64,000 nucleotides of DNA from the human T2T-CHM13v2.0 reference genome, Homo sapiens: the NCBI RefSeq assembly GCF_009914755.1, contig NC_060937.1; one strand, written 5' to 3'. Made by a program: the position numbers and the translations under genes. Within the stretch, counting starts at the first letter, position 1, and every line of letters begins with the position of its first letter. The notes beneath the pieces are model-generated. The model was not told the origin of the DNA and searched no databases. It saw nothing but the letters and a program-made list of their open reading frames with translations. This document shows, in pieces, positions 16,801-31,926 of the stretch.

Positions 16801-19800
16801 TGATGTACTTTCATATTTTACGTACCTAATATAATATATATTTGATGTAATTCCATATTTTATGCACAGTATATAATGTATAGTTTGGGTACCTTGATAT
16901 TTTATGTACACTATACAATATATATCTGGTGTACTTTGATATTTTATGTACAGAATAAAATATATATTTGATGTACTTTCATCTTTTATGTACAGTATAT
17001 AATACTTACTTTGGGTACTTTGATATTTTATGTACATTATATAATATATATTTTGTAAATTTTGATATTTCATGTACACTGTATAATATATATTTGGGCT
17101 ACTTTGATATTTTATGTACAGTATATCATCTATATTTTATGTACTTTCATATTTTATGTACCTAATATAATATATATTTGATGTGCTTTCATATTTTATG
17201 TACAGTATATAATACATACTTTGGGTACTTTGATATTTTTTTTACAGTATAGAATATATACCTTGGGTACTTTGATATTTTATCTACAGTATATAATATA
17301 TAGTTTGTGAACTTTGATATTTCATGTACAGTATATCATATATATTTGGGGTTCCTTTATATTTTATGTATGGTATATAATCTATATTTGATGTACTTTC
17401 ATATTTTACGTACCTAATATAATATATATTTGATGTAATTCCATATTTTATGTACAGTATGTAATGTATAGTTTGGGTAATTTCATATTTTATGTACACT
17501 ATAAAATATATATCTGGTGTACTTTGTTATTTTATGTACAGAATAAAATATATATTTGATGTACCTTCATATTTTATGTACAGTATATAATACATGCTTT
17601 GGGTACTTTGATATTTTATGTACATTATATAATATATATTTTGTAAATTTTGATATTTCATGTACACTGTATAATATATATTTGGGCTACTTTGATATTT
17701 TATGTACAGTATATCATCTATATTTTATGTACTTTCATATTTTACGTACCTAATATAATATATATTTGATGTAATTTCATATTTTATGTACAGTATATAA
17801 TACATGCTTTGGATACTTTGATACTTTTTTGTACAGTATAGAATATATACCTTGGGTACTTTGATATTTTATCTACAGTATATAATATATAGTTTGTGAA
17901 CTTTGATATTTCATGTACAGTATATCATATATATTTGGGGTTCCTTTATATTTTATGTACGGTATATAATCTATATTTGATGTATTTCATATTTTATGTA
18001 CCTAATATAATATATATTTGATGTAATTTCATATTTTATGTACAGTATATAATAAATAGTTTGGGTACTTTGATATTTTATGTACACGATAAAATATATA
18101 TCTGGTGTACTTTGATATTTTATGTACAGAATAAAATATATATTTGATGTACTTTCATCTTTTATGTACAGTATATAATACTTGCTTTGGGTACTTTGAT
18201 ATTTTTTGTACAGTATAGAATATATACCTTGGGTACTTTGATATTTTATCTACAGTATATAATATATAGTTTGTGAACTTTGATATTTCATGTACAGTAT
18301 ATCATATATATTTGGGGTTCCTTTATATTTTATGTATGGTATATAATCTATATTTGATGTACTTTCATATTTTACGTACGTAATATAATATATATTTGAT
18401 GTAATTCCATATTTTATGTACAGTATATAATGTATAGTTTGGGTACCTTGATATTTTATGTACACTATAAAATATATATCTGGTGTACTTTGATATTTTA
18501 TGTACAGAATAAAATATATATTTGATGTACTTTCATCTTTTATGTACAGTATATAATACTTGCTTTGGGTACTTTGATATTTTATGTACATTATATAATC
18601 TATATTTTGTAAATTTTGATATTTCATGTACACTGTATAATATATATTTGGGCTACTTTGATATTTTATGTACAGTATATCATCTATATTTTATGTACTT
18701 TCATATTTTATGTACCTAATATAATATATATTTGATGTGCTTTCATATTTTATGTACAGTATATAATACATGCTTTGGGTACTTTGATTTTTTTTTACAG
18801 TATAGAATATATATCTTTGTTACTTTGATATTTTATCTACAGTATATAATATATAGTTTGTGAACTTTGATATTTCATGTACTGTTTATCATATATATTT
18901 GGGGTTCCTTTATATTTTATGTATGGTATATAATCTATATTTGATGTACTTTCATATTTTACATACCTATTATAATATATATTTGATGTAATTCCATATT
19001 TTATGTACAGTATGTAATGTATAGTTTGGGTAATTTCATATTTTATGTACACTATAAAATATATATCTGGTGTACTTTGTTATTTTATGTACAGAATAAA
19101 ATATATATTTGATGTACTTTCATATTTTATGTACAGTATATAATACATGCTTTCGGTACTTTGATATTTTATGTACATTATATAATATATATTTTGTAAA
19201 TTTTGATATTTCATGTACACTGTATAATATATATTTGGGCTACTTTGATATTTTATGTACATTATATCATCTATATTTTATGTACTTTCATATTTTACGT
19301 ACCTAATATAATATATATTTGATGTAATTTCATATTTTATGTACAGTATATAATACATGCTTTGGGTACTTTGATATTTTTTTTACAGTATAGAATATAT
19401 ACCTTGGGTACTTTGATATTTTATCTACAGTATATAATATATAGTTTGTGAACTTTGATATTTCATGTACAGTATATCATATATATTTGGGGTTCCTTTA
19501 TATTTTATGTATGGTATATAATCTATATTTGATGTACTTTCATATTTTACGTACCTAATATAATATATATTTGATGTAATTCCATATTTTATGTACAGTA
19601 TATAATGTATAGTTTGGGTACCTTGATATTTTATGTACACTATAAAATATATATCTGGTGTACTTTGATATTTTATGTACAGAATAAAATATATATTTGA
19701 TGTACTTTCTTCTTTTATGTACAGTATATAATACTTGCTTTGTGTACTTTGATATTTTATGTACATTATGTAATATATATTTTGTAAATTTTGATATTTC

Positions 19801-20230
19801 ATGTACACAGTATAATATATATTTGGGCTACTTTGATATTTTATGTACAGTATATCATCTATATTTTATGTACTTTCATATTTTAAGTACCTAATATAAT
19901 ATATATTTGATGTGCTTTCATATTTTATGTACAGTATATAATACATGCTTTGGGTACTTTGATATTTTTTGTACAGTATAGAATATATACCTTGGGTACT
20001 TTGATATTTTATCTACAGTATATAATATATAGTTTGTGAACTTTGATATATCATGTACAGTATATCATATATATTTGGGGTTCCTTTATATTTTATGTAT
20101 GGTATATAATCTATATTTGATGTACTTTCATATTTTAAGTACCTAATATAATATATATTTGATGTAATTCCATATTTTATGTACAGTATGTAATGTATAG
20201 TTTGGGTAATTTCATATTTTATGTACACTA
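10815..20230 (-). repeat. Most regular run of 588-bp 14-mer HOR
   Basis: Homologous ORF starts at 11089, 11677, 12264, 12852, 14028, 14616, 15204, 15792, 16380, 16968, 17556 are spaced 587-588 bp (or 2x588); one 966-bp step to 18522. Confidence 0.9.
12150..16500 (-). repeat. Tandem duplication with 2352-bp (4 x 588) period
   Basis: Rare variants recur at +2352: aacgtatag 12171/14523, 1-bp-deleted gatgtatttcat ~12687/15039, tagtatgggtacc ~13353/15705, ctggtttac ~13986/16338. Confidence 0.85.
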
Positions 20231-20659
20231 TAAAATATATATCTGGTGTACTTTGTTATTTTATGTACAGAATAAAATATATATTTGATGTACCTTCATA
20301 TTTTATGTACAGTATATAATACATGCTTTGGGTACTTTGATATTTTATGTACATTATATAATATATATTTTGTAAATTTTGATATTTCATGTACACTGTA
20401 TAATATATATTTGGGCTACTTTGATATTTTATGTACAGAATAAAATATATATTCGATGTACTTTCATATTTTATGTACAGTATATAATACATGCTTTGGG
20501 TACTTTGATATTTTTTTTACAGTATAGAATATATACCTTGGGTACTTTGATATTTTATCTACAGTATATAATATATAGTTTGTGAACTTTGATATTTCAT
20601 GTACAGTATATCATATATATTTGGGGTTACTTTATATTTTATGTATGGTAAATAATCTA

Positions 20660-23600
20660 TATTTGATGTACTTTCATATTTTACGTACCTAATATAATAT
20701 ATATTTGATGTAATTCCATATTTTATGTACAGTATGTAATGTATAGTTTGGGTAATTTCATATTTTATGTACACTATAAAATATATATCTGGTGTACTTT
20801 GTTATTTTATGTACAGAATAAAATATATATTTGATGTACTTTCATATTTTATGTACAGTATATAATACATGCTTTGGGTACTTTGATATTTTTTGTACAG
20901 TATAGAATATATACCTTGGGTACTTTGATATTTTATCTACAGTATATAATATATAGTTTGTGAACTTTGATAATTCATGTACAGTATATAATATATATTT
21001 GGGTTACTTTGATATTTTATGTACAGTATATAATCTATATTGGATGTACTTTCATATTTTATGTTCCTAATATAATATATATTTGATGTAATTTCATATT
21101 TTATGTACAGTATATAATGTATAGTTTGGGAACTTTGATATTTTATGTACACTATAAAATATATATCTGGTGTACTTTGATATTTTATGTACAGGATAAA
21201 ATATATATTTGATGTACTCTCATATTTTATGTACAGTATATAATACATGCTTTGGGTACTTTGATATTTTTTGTACAGTATAGAATATATACCTTGGGTA
21301 ACTTGATATTTTATGTACAGTATATAATATATAGTTTGTGAACTTTGATATTTCATGTACAGTATATAATATATATTTGGGGTTCTTTGATATTTTTTGT
21401 ACAGTTAATAATCTATATTTGATGTACTTTCATATTTTATGTACCCAATATAATATATGTTTGATGTAATTTCATATTTTATGTACAGTATATAATGTAT
21501 ACTTTGCGTACCTTGATGTTTTATGTACACTATAAAATATATATCTGGTGTACTTTGATATTTTATGTACAGAATAAAATATATATTTGATGTACTTTCA
21601 TCTTTTATGTACAGTATATAATACTTGCTTTGGGTACTTTGATATTTTTTGTACAGTATATAATATATAGTTTCTGTTTTTTGAAATTTAATGTACAGTA
21701 TATAATATATATTTTGTGTACTTTGATATTTTATGTACAGTATATAATCTATCTTTGATGTACTTTCATATTTTATGTACCTAATATAATATATATTTGA
21801 TGTAATTTCATATTTTATGTACAGTATATAATGTATAGTTTGGGTACTTTGATATTTTATGTACACTATAGAATATATATCTGGTGTACTTTGATATTTT
21901 ATGTACAGAATAAAATATATATTTGATGTACTTTCATATTTTATGTACAGTATATAATACATGCTTTGGGTACTTTGATATCTTTTGTACAGTATAGAAT
22001 ATATACCTTGGGTACTTTGATATTTTATCTACAGTATATAATATATAGTTTGTGTATTTTGATATTTCATGTACAGTATATAATATATAGTTGGGGTTCT
22101 TTTATATATTATGTACAGTATATAATCTATATTTGATGTACTTTCATATTTTACGTACCTAATGTAATATATATTTGATGTAATTTTATATTTTATGTAC
22201 AGTATGTAATGTATAGTTTGGGTACCTTGATATTTTATGTACACTATAAAATATATATCTGGTGTACTTTGATATTTTATGTACAGAATAAAATATATAT
22301 TTGATGTACTTTCATCTTTTATGTACAGTATATAATACTTGCTTTGGGTACTTTGATATTTTATGTACATTATATAATATATATTTTGTAAATTTTGATA
22401 TTTCATGTACACTGTATAATATATATTTGGGCTACTTTGATATTTTATGTACAGTATATCATCTATATTTTATGTACTTTCATATTTTATGTACCTAATA
22501 TAATATATATTTGATGTGCTTTCATATTTTATGTACAGTATATAATACATGCTTTGGGTACTTTGATATTTTTTTTACAGTATAGAATATATACCTTGGG
22601 TACTTTGATATTTTATCTACAGTATATAATATATAGTTTGTGAACTTTGATATTTCATGTACAGTATATCATATATATTTGGGGTTCCTTTATATTTTAT
22701 GTATGGTATATAATCTATATTTGATGTACTTTCATATTTTACGTACCTAATATAATATATGTTTGATGTAATTCCATATTTTATGTACAGTATGTAATGT
22801 ATAGTTTGGGTAATTTCATATTTTATGTACACTATAAAATATATATCTGGTGTACTTTGTTATTTTATGTACAGAATAAAATATATATTTGATGTACTTT
22901 CATATTTTATGTACAGTATATAATACATGCTTTTGGTACTTTGATTTTTTTTTACAGTATAGAATATATACCTTTTGTACTTTGATATTTTATCTACAGT
23001 ATATAATATATAGTTTGTGAACTTTGATATTTCATGTAGAGTATATCATATATATTTGTGGTTCCTTTATATTTTATGTATGGTATATAATCTATATTTG
23101 ATGTACTTTCATATTTTACGTACCTAATATAATATATATTTGATGTAATTCCATATTTTATGTACAGTATGTAATGTATAGTTTGGGTAATTTCATATTT
23201 TATGTACACTATAAAATATATATCTGGTGTACTTTGTTATTTTATGTACAGAATAAAATATATATTTGATGTACTTTCATATTTTATGTACAGTATATAA
23301 TACATGCTTTGGGTACTTTGATATTTTTTGTACAGTATAGAATATATACCTTGGGTACTTTGATATTTTATCTACAGTATATAATATATAGTTTGTGAAC
23401 TTTGATAATTCATGTACAGTATATAATATATATTTGGGTTACTTTGATATTTTATGTACAGTATATAATCTATATTGGATGTACTTTCATATTTTATGTT
23501 CCTAATATAATATATATTTGATGTAATTTCATATTTTATGTACAGTATATAATGTATAGTTTGGGAACTTTGATATTTTATGTACACTATAAAATATATA

Positions 23601-26600
23601 TCTGGTGTACTTTGATATTTTATGTACAGGATAAAATATATATTTGATGTACTCTCATATTTTATGTACAGTATATAATACATGCTTTGGGTACTTTGAT
23701 ATTTTTTGTACAGTATAGAATATATACCTTGGGTAACTTGATATTTTATGTACAGTATATAATATATAGTTTGTGAACTTTGATATTTCATGTACAGTAT
23801 ATAATATATATTTGGGGTTCTTTGATATTTTTTGTACAGTTAATAATCTATATTTGATGTACTTTCATATTTTATGTACCCAATATAATATATGTTTGAT
23901 GTAATTTCATATTTTATGTACAGTATATAATGTATACTTTGCGTACCTTGATGTTTTATGTACACTATAAAATATATATCTGGTGTACTTTGATATTTTA
24001 TGTACAGAATAAAATATATATTTGATGTACTTTCATCTTTTATGTACAGTATATAATACTTGCTTTGGGTACTTTGATATTTTTTGTACAGTATATAATA
24101 TATAGTTTCTGTTTTTTGAAATTTAATGTACAGTATATAATATATATTTTGTGTACTTTGATATTTTATGTACAGTATATAATACTTGCTTTGGGTACTT
24201 TGATATTTTATGTACATTATATAATATATATTTTGTAAATTTTGATATTTCATGTACACTGTATAATATATATTTGGGCTACTTTGATATTTTATGTACA
24301 GTATATCATCTATATTTTATGTACTTTCATATTTTATGTACCTAATATAATATATATTTGATGTGCTTTCATATTTTATGTACAGTATATAATACATGCT
24401 TTGGGTACTTTGATATTTTTTTTACAGTATAGAATATATACCTTGGGTACTTTGATATTTTATCTACAGTATATAATATATAGTTTGTGAACTTTGATAT
24501 TTCATGTACAGTATATCATATATATTTGGGGTTCCTTTATATTTTATGTATGGTATATAATCTATATTTGATGTACTTTCATATTTTACGTACCTAATAT
24601 AATATATGTTTGATGTAATTCCATATTTTATGTACAGTATGTAATGTATAGTTTGGGTAATTTCATATTTTATGTACACTATAAAATATATATCTGGTGT
24701 ACTTTGTTATTTTATGTACAGAATAAAATATATATTTGATGTACTTTCATATTTTATGTACAGTATATAATACATGCTTTTGGTACTTTGATTTTTTTTT
24801 ACAGTATAGAATATATACCTTTTGTACTTTGATATTTTATCTACAGTATATAATATATAGTTTGTGAACTTTGATATTTCATGTAGAGTATATCATATAT
24901 ATTTGTGGTTCCTTTATATTTTATGTATGGTATATAATCTATATTTGATGTACTTTCATATTTTACGTACCTAATATAATATATATTTGATGTAATTCCA
25001 TATTTTATGTACAGTATGTAATGTATAGTTTGGGTAATTTCATATTTTATGTACACTATAAAATATATATCTGGTGTACTTTGTTATTTTATGTACAGAA
25101 TAAAATATATATTTGATGTACTTTCATATTTTATGTACAGTATATAATACATGCTTTGGGTACTTTGATATTTTTTGTACAGTATAGAATATATACCTTG
25201 GGTACTTTGATATTTTATCTACAGTATATAATATATAGTTTGTGAACTTTGATAATTCATGTACAGTATATAATATATATTTGGGTTACTTTGATATTTT
25301 ATGTACAGTATATAATCTATATTGGATGTACTTTCATATTTTATGTTCCTAATATAATATATATTTGATGTAATTTCATATTTTATGTACAGTATATAAT
25401 GTATAGTTTGGGAACTTTGATATTTTATGTACACTATAAAATATATATCTGGTGTACTTTGATATTTTATGTACAGGATAAAATATATATTTGATGTACT
25501 CTCATATTTTATGTACAGTATATAATACATGCTTTGGGTACTTTGATATTTTTTGTACAGTATAGAATATATACCTTGGGTAACTTGATATTTTATGTAC
25601 AGTATATAATATATAGTTTGTGAACTTTGATATTTCATGTACAGTATATAATATATATTTGGGGTTCTTTGATATTTTTTGTACAGTTAATAATCTATAT
25701 TTGATGTACTTTCATATTTTATGTACCCAATATAATATATGTTTGATGTAATTTCATATTTTATGTACAGTATATAATGTATACTTTGCGTACCTTGATG
25801 TTTTATGTACACTATAAAATATATATCTGGTGTACTTTGATATTTTATGTACAGAATAAAATATATATTTGATGTACTTTCATCTTTTATGTACAGTATA
25901 TAATACTTGCTTTGGGTACTTTGATATTTTTTGTACAGTATATAATATATAGTTTCTGTTTTTTGAAATTTAATGTACAGTATATAATATATATTTTGTG
26001 TACTTTGATATTTTATGTACAGTATATAATCTATCTTTGATGTACTTTCATATTTTATGTACCTAATATAATATATATTTGATGTAATTTCATATTTTAT
26101 GTACAGTATATAATGTATAGTTTGGGTACTTTGATATTTTATGTACACTATAGAATATATATCTGGTGTACTTTGATATTTTATGTACAGAATAAAATAT
26201 ATATTTGATGTACTTTCATATTTTATGTACAGTATATAATACATGCTTTGGGTACTTTGATATCTTTTGTACAGTATAGAATATATACCTTGGGTACTTT
26301 GATATTTTATCTACAGTATATAATATATAGTTTGTGTATTTTGATATTTCATGTACAGTATATAATATATAGTTGGGGTTCTTTTATATATTATGTACAG
26401 TATATAATCTATATTTGATGTACTTTCATATTTTACGTACCTAATGTAATATATATTTGATGTAATTTTATATTTTATGTACAGTATGTAATGTATAGTT
26501 TGGGTACCTTGATATTTTATGTACACTATAAAATATATATCTGGTGTACTTTGATATTTTATGTACAGAATAAAATATATATTTGATGTACTTTCATCTT

Positions 26601-27465
26601 TTATGTACAGTATATAATACTTGCTTTGGGTACTTTGATATTTTATGTACATTATATAATATATATTTTGTAAATTTTGATATTTCATGTACACTGTATA
26701 ATATATATTTGGGCTACTTTGATATTTTATGTACAGTATATCATCTATATTTTATGTACTTTCATATTTTATGTACCTAATATAATATATATTTGATGTG
26801 CTTTCATATTTTATGTACAGTATATAATACATGCTTTGGGTACTTTGATATTTTTTTTACAGTATAGAATATATACCTTGGGTACTTTGATATTTTATCT
26901 ACAGTATATAATATATAGTTTGTGAACTTTGATATTTCATGTACAGTATATCATATATATTTGGGGTTCCTTTATATTTTATGTATGGTATATAATCTAT
27001 ATTTGATGTACTTTCATATTTTACGTACCTAATATAATATATGTTTGATGTAATTCCATATTTTATGTACAGTATGTAATGTATAGTTTGGGTAATTTCA
27101 TATTTTATGTACACTATAAAATATATATCTGGTGTACTTTGTTATTTTATGTACAGAATAAAATATATATTTGATGTACTTTCATATTTTATGTACAGTA
27201 TATAATACATGCTTTTGGTACTTTGATTTTTTTTTACAGTATAGAATATATACCTTTTGTACTTTGATATTTTATCTACAGTATATAATATATAGTTTGT
27301 GAACTTTGATATTTCATGTAGAGTATATCATATATATTTGTGGTTCCTTTATATTTTATGTATGGTATATAATCTATATTTGATGTACTTTCATATTTTA
27401 CGTACCTAATATAATATATATTTGATGTAATTCCATATTTTATGTACAGTATGTAATGTATAGTT
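20660..27465 (-). repeat. Three tandem copies of a ~2435-bp unit; the middle copy lacks 588 bp
   Basis: Identical 139-aa ORFs at 20937, 23372 and 25219 (steps 2435 and 1847); markers tttgcgtacc, tttctgttttttgaaattt, cagttaataat and acaggataaa occur in all three copies. Confidence 0.9.
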
Positions 27466-27499
27466 TGGGTACTTTGATATTTTATGTACACTATAAAAT

Positions 27500-29450
27500 A
27501 TATATCTGGTGTACTTTGTTATTTTATGTACAGAATAAAATATATATTTGATGTACTTTCATATTTTATGTACAGTATATAATACATGCTTTGGGTACTT
27601 TGATATTTTTTGTACAGTATAGAATATATACCTTGGGTACTTTGATATTTTATCTACAGTATATAATATATAGTTTGTGAACTTTGATATTTCATGTACA
27701 GTATATCATATATATTTGGGGTTCCTTTATATTTTATGTATGGTATATAATCTATATTAGATGTACTTTCATATTTTACGTACGTAATATAATATATATT
27801 TGATGTAATTCCATATTTTATGTACAGTATATAATGTATAGTTTGGGTACCTTGATATTTTATGTACACGATAAAATATATATCTGGTGTACTTTGATAT
27901 TTTATGTACAGAATAAAATATATATTTGATGTAATTTTATCTTTTATGTACAGTATATAATACTTGCTTTGGGTACTTTGATATTTTATGTACATTATAT
28001 AATATATATTTTGTAAATTTTGATATTTCATGTACACTGTATAATATATATTTGGGCTACTTTGTTATTTTATGTACAGTATATCATCTATATTTTATGT
28101 ACTTTCATATTTTATGTACCTAATATAATATATATTTGATGTAATTTCATATTTTATGTACAGTATATAATACATGCTTTGGGTACTTTGATATTTTTTT
28201 TACAGTATAGAATATATACCTTGGGTACTTTGATATTTTATCTACAGTATATAATATATAGTTTGTGAACTTTGATATTTCATGTACAGTATATCATATA
28301 TATTTGGGGTTCCTTTATATTTTATGTATGGTATATAATCTATATTTGATGTACTTTCATATTTTACGTACCTAATATAATATATATTTGATGTAATTCC
28401 GTATTTTATGTACAGTATGTAATGTATAGTGTGGGTACTTTGATATTTTATGTACACTATAAAATATATATCTGGTGTACTTTGTTATTTTATGTACAGA
28501 ATAAAATATATATTTGATGTACTTTCATATTTTATGTACAGTATATAATACATGCTTTGGGTACTTTGATATTTTTTGTACAGTATAGAATATATACCTT
28601 GGGTACTTTGATATTTTATCTACAGTATATAATATATAGTTTGTGAACTTTGATATTTCATGTACAGTATATCATATATATTTGGGGTTCCTTTATATTT
28701 TATGTATGGTATATAATCTATATTTGATGTACTTTCATATTTTACGTACGTAATATAATATATATTTGATGTAATTCCATATTTTATGTACAGTATATAA
28801 TGTATAGTTTGGGTACCTTGATATTTTATGTACACTATAAAATATATATCTGGTGTACTTTGATATTTTATGTACAGAATAAAATATATATTTGATGTAA
28901 TTTTATCTTTTATGTACAGTATATAATACTTGCTTTGGGTACTTAGATATTTTATGTACAATATATAATATATATTTTGTAAATTTTGATATTTCATGTA
29001 CACTGTATAATATATATTTGGGCTACTTTGATATTTTATGTACAGTATATCATCTATATTTTATGTACTTTCATATTTTATGTACCTAATATAATATATA
29101 TTTGATGTAATTTCATATTTTATGTACAGTATATAATACATGCTTTGGGTACTTTGATATTTTTTTTACAGTATAGAATATATACCTTGGGTACTTTGAT
29201 AGTTTATCTACAGTATATAATATATAGTTTGTGAACTTTGATATTTCATGTAGAGTATATCATATATATTTGGGGTTCCTTTATATTTTATGTATGGTAT
29301 ATAATCTATATTTGATGTACTTTCATATTTTACGTACCTAATATAATATATATTTGATGTAATTCCATATTTTATGTACAGTATGTAATGTATAGTGTGG
29401 GTACTTTGATATTTTATGTACACTATAAAATATATATCTGGTGTACTTTG
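27500..29450 (-). repeat. Tandem duplication of a 966-bp 23-mer
   Basis: ORFs 27654/28620 and 28242/29208; markers tacgtacgtaat, gtaattttatc and tagtgtggg repeat at +966. Confidence 0.85.
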
Positions 29451-31926
29451 TTATTTTATGTACAGAATGAAATATATATTTGATGTACTTTCATATTTTA
29501 TGTACAGTATATAATACATGCTTTGGGTACTTTGATATTTTTTTTACAGTATAGAATATATACCTTGGGTACTTTGATATTTTATCTACAGTATATAATA
29601 TATAGTTTGTGAACTTTAATATTTCATGTACAGTATATCATATATATTTGGGGTTCCTTTATATTTTATGTATGGTATATAATCTATATTTGATGTACTT
29701 TCATATTTTACGTACCTAATATAATATATATTTGATTTAATTCCATATTTTATGTACAGTATGTAATGTATAGTTTGGGTAATTTCATATTTTATGTACA
29801 CTATAAAATATATATCTGGTGTACTTTGTTATTTTATGTACAGAATAAAATATATATTTGATGTACTTTCATATTTTATGTACAGTATATAATACATGCT
29901 TTGGGTACTTTGATGGTTTTTGTACAGTATAGAATATATACCTTGGGTACTTTGATACTTTATGTACAGTATATAATATATAGTTTGTGTATTTTGATAT
30001 TTCATGTACAGTATATAATATATAGTTGGGGTTCTTTTATATATTATGTACAGTATATAATCTATATTTGATGTACTTTCATATTTTACGTACCTAATAT
30101 AATATATATTTGATGTAATTTCATATTTTATGTACAGTATATAATGTATAGTTTGGGTACCTTGATATTTTATGTACACTATAAAATATATATCTGGTGT
30201 ACTTTGATATTTTATGTACAGAATAAAATATATATTTGATGTACTTTCATCTTTTATGTACAGTATATAATACTTGCTTTGGGTACTTTGATAATTTATG
30301 TACATTATATAATATATATTTTGTAAATTTTGATATTTCATGTACACTGTATAATATATATTTGGGCTACTTTGATATTTTATGTACAGTATATCATCTA
30401 TATTTTATGTACTTTCATATTTTATGTACCTAATATAATATATATTTGATGTGCTTTCATATTTTATGTACAGTATATAATACATGCTTTGGGTACTTTG
30501 ATATTTTTTTTACAGTATAGAATATATACCTTGGGTACTTTGATATTTTATCTACAGTATATTATATATAGTTTGTGAACTTTGATATTTCATGTACAGT
30601 ATATCATATATATTTGGGGTTCCTTTATATTTTATGTATGGTATATAATCTATATTTGATGTACTTTCATATTTTACGTACCTAATATAATATGTATTTG
30701 AGGTAATTCCATATTTTATGTACAGTATATAATGTATAGTTTGGGTACCTTGATATTTTATGTACACTATAAAATATATATCTGGTGTACTTTGATATTT
30801 TATGTACAGAATAAAATATATATTTGATGTACTTTCATCCTTTATGTACAGTATATAATACTTGCTTTGGGTACTTTGATATTTTATGTATATTATATAA
30901 TATATATTTTGTAAATTTTGATATTTCATGTACACTGTATAATATATATTTGGGCTACTTTGCTATTTTATGTATAGTATATCATCTATATTTTATGTAC
31001 TTTCATATTTTATGTACCTAATATAATATATATTTGATGTGCTTTCATATTTTATATACAGTATATTATACATGCTTTGGGTACTTTGATATTTTTTTTA
31101 CAGTATAGAATATATACCTTGGGGACTTTGATATTTTATCTACAGTATATAATATATAGTTTGTGAACTTTGATATTTCATGTAGAGTATATCATATATA
31201 TTTGGGGTTCCATTATATTTTATGTATGGTATATAATCTATATTTGATGTACTTTCATATTTTACGTACCTAATATAATATATATTTGATGTAATTCCAT
31301 ATTTTATGTACAGTATGTAATGTATAGTTTGGGTACTTTGATATTTTATGTACACTATAAAATATATATCTGGTGTACTTTGTTATTTTATGTACAGAAT
31401 AAAATATATATTTGATGTACTTTCATATTTTATGTACAGTATATAATACATGCTTTGGGTACTTTGATATTTTTTTTGCTGTATAGAATATATACCTTGG
31501 GTACTTTGATATTTTATCTACAGTATATAATATATAGTTTGTGAACTTTGATATTTCATGTACAGTATATCATATATATTTGGGGTTCCTTTATATTTTA
31601 TGTATGGTATATAATCTATATTTGATGTACTTTCATATTTTACGTGCCTAATATAATATATATTTGATGTACTTTCATATTTTATGTACCGTATATAATA
31701 CATGCTTTGGGTACTTTGATATTTTTTGTACAGTATAGAATATATACCTTGGGTACTTTGATATTTTATGTACAGTATATAATATATAGTTTGTGTATTT
31801 TGATATTTCATGTACAGTATATAATATATAGTTGGGGTTCTTTTATATATTATGTACATTATATAATCTATATTTGATGTACTTTCATATTTTAGGTAAC
31901 TAATATAATATATATTTGATGTACTT

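Larger units (their letters stand above)
1620..31920 (-). repeat. Derived HOR domain (14-mer 588 bp, 23-mer 966 bp, 5-mer 210 bp)
   Basis: Private variants ggttcctttat, gtatggtatat, ttacgtacc, gtaattcc, atctacag, ttgtaaattttg, gggctac and cactataaaat are confined to this interval; ORF-track spacings of 588 and 966 bp. Confidence 0.85.

Noticed and set aside
20660-27465. 2.4-kb unit as HSat1B/DYZ2 repeat
   Set aside because: Similar size only; it is made entirely of 42-bp monomers with no Alu-derived or GC-rich part.
2575-31480. Length variation of T-homopolymers in m1 (587 versus 588 bp steps)
   Set aside because: Plus or minus 1 homopolymer differences are compatible with slippage or sequencing error and are not interpretable from one sequence.
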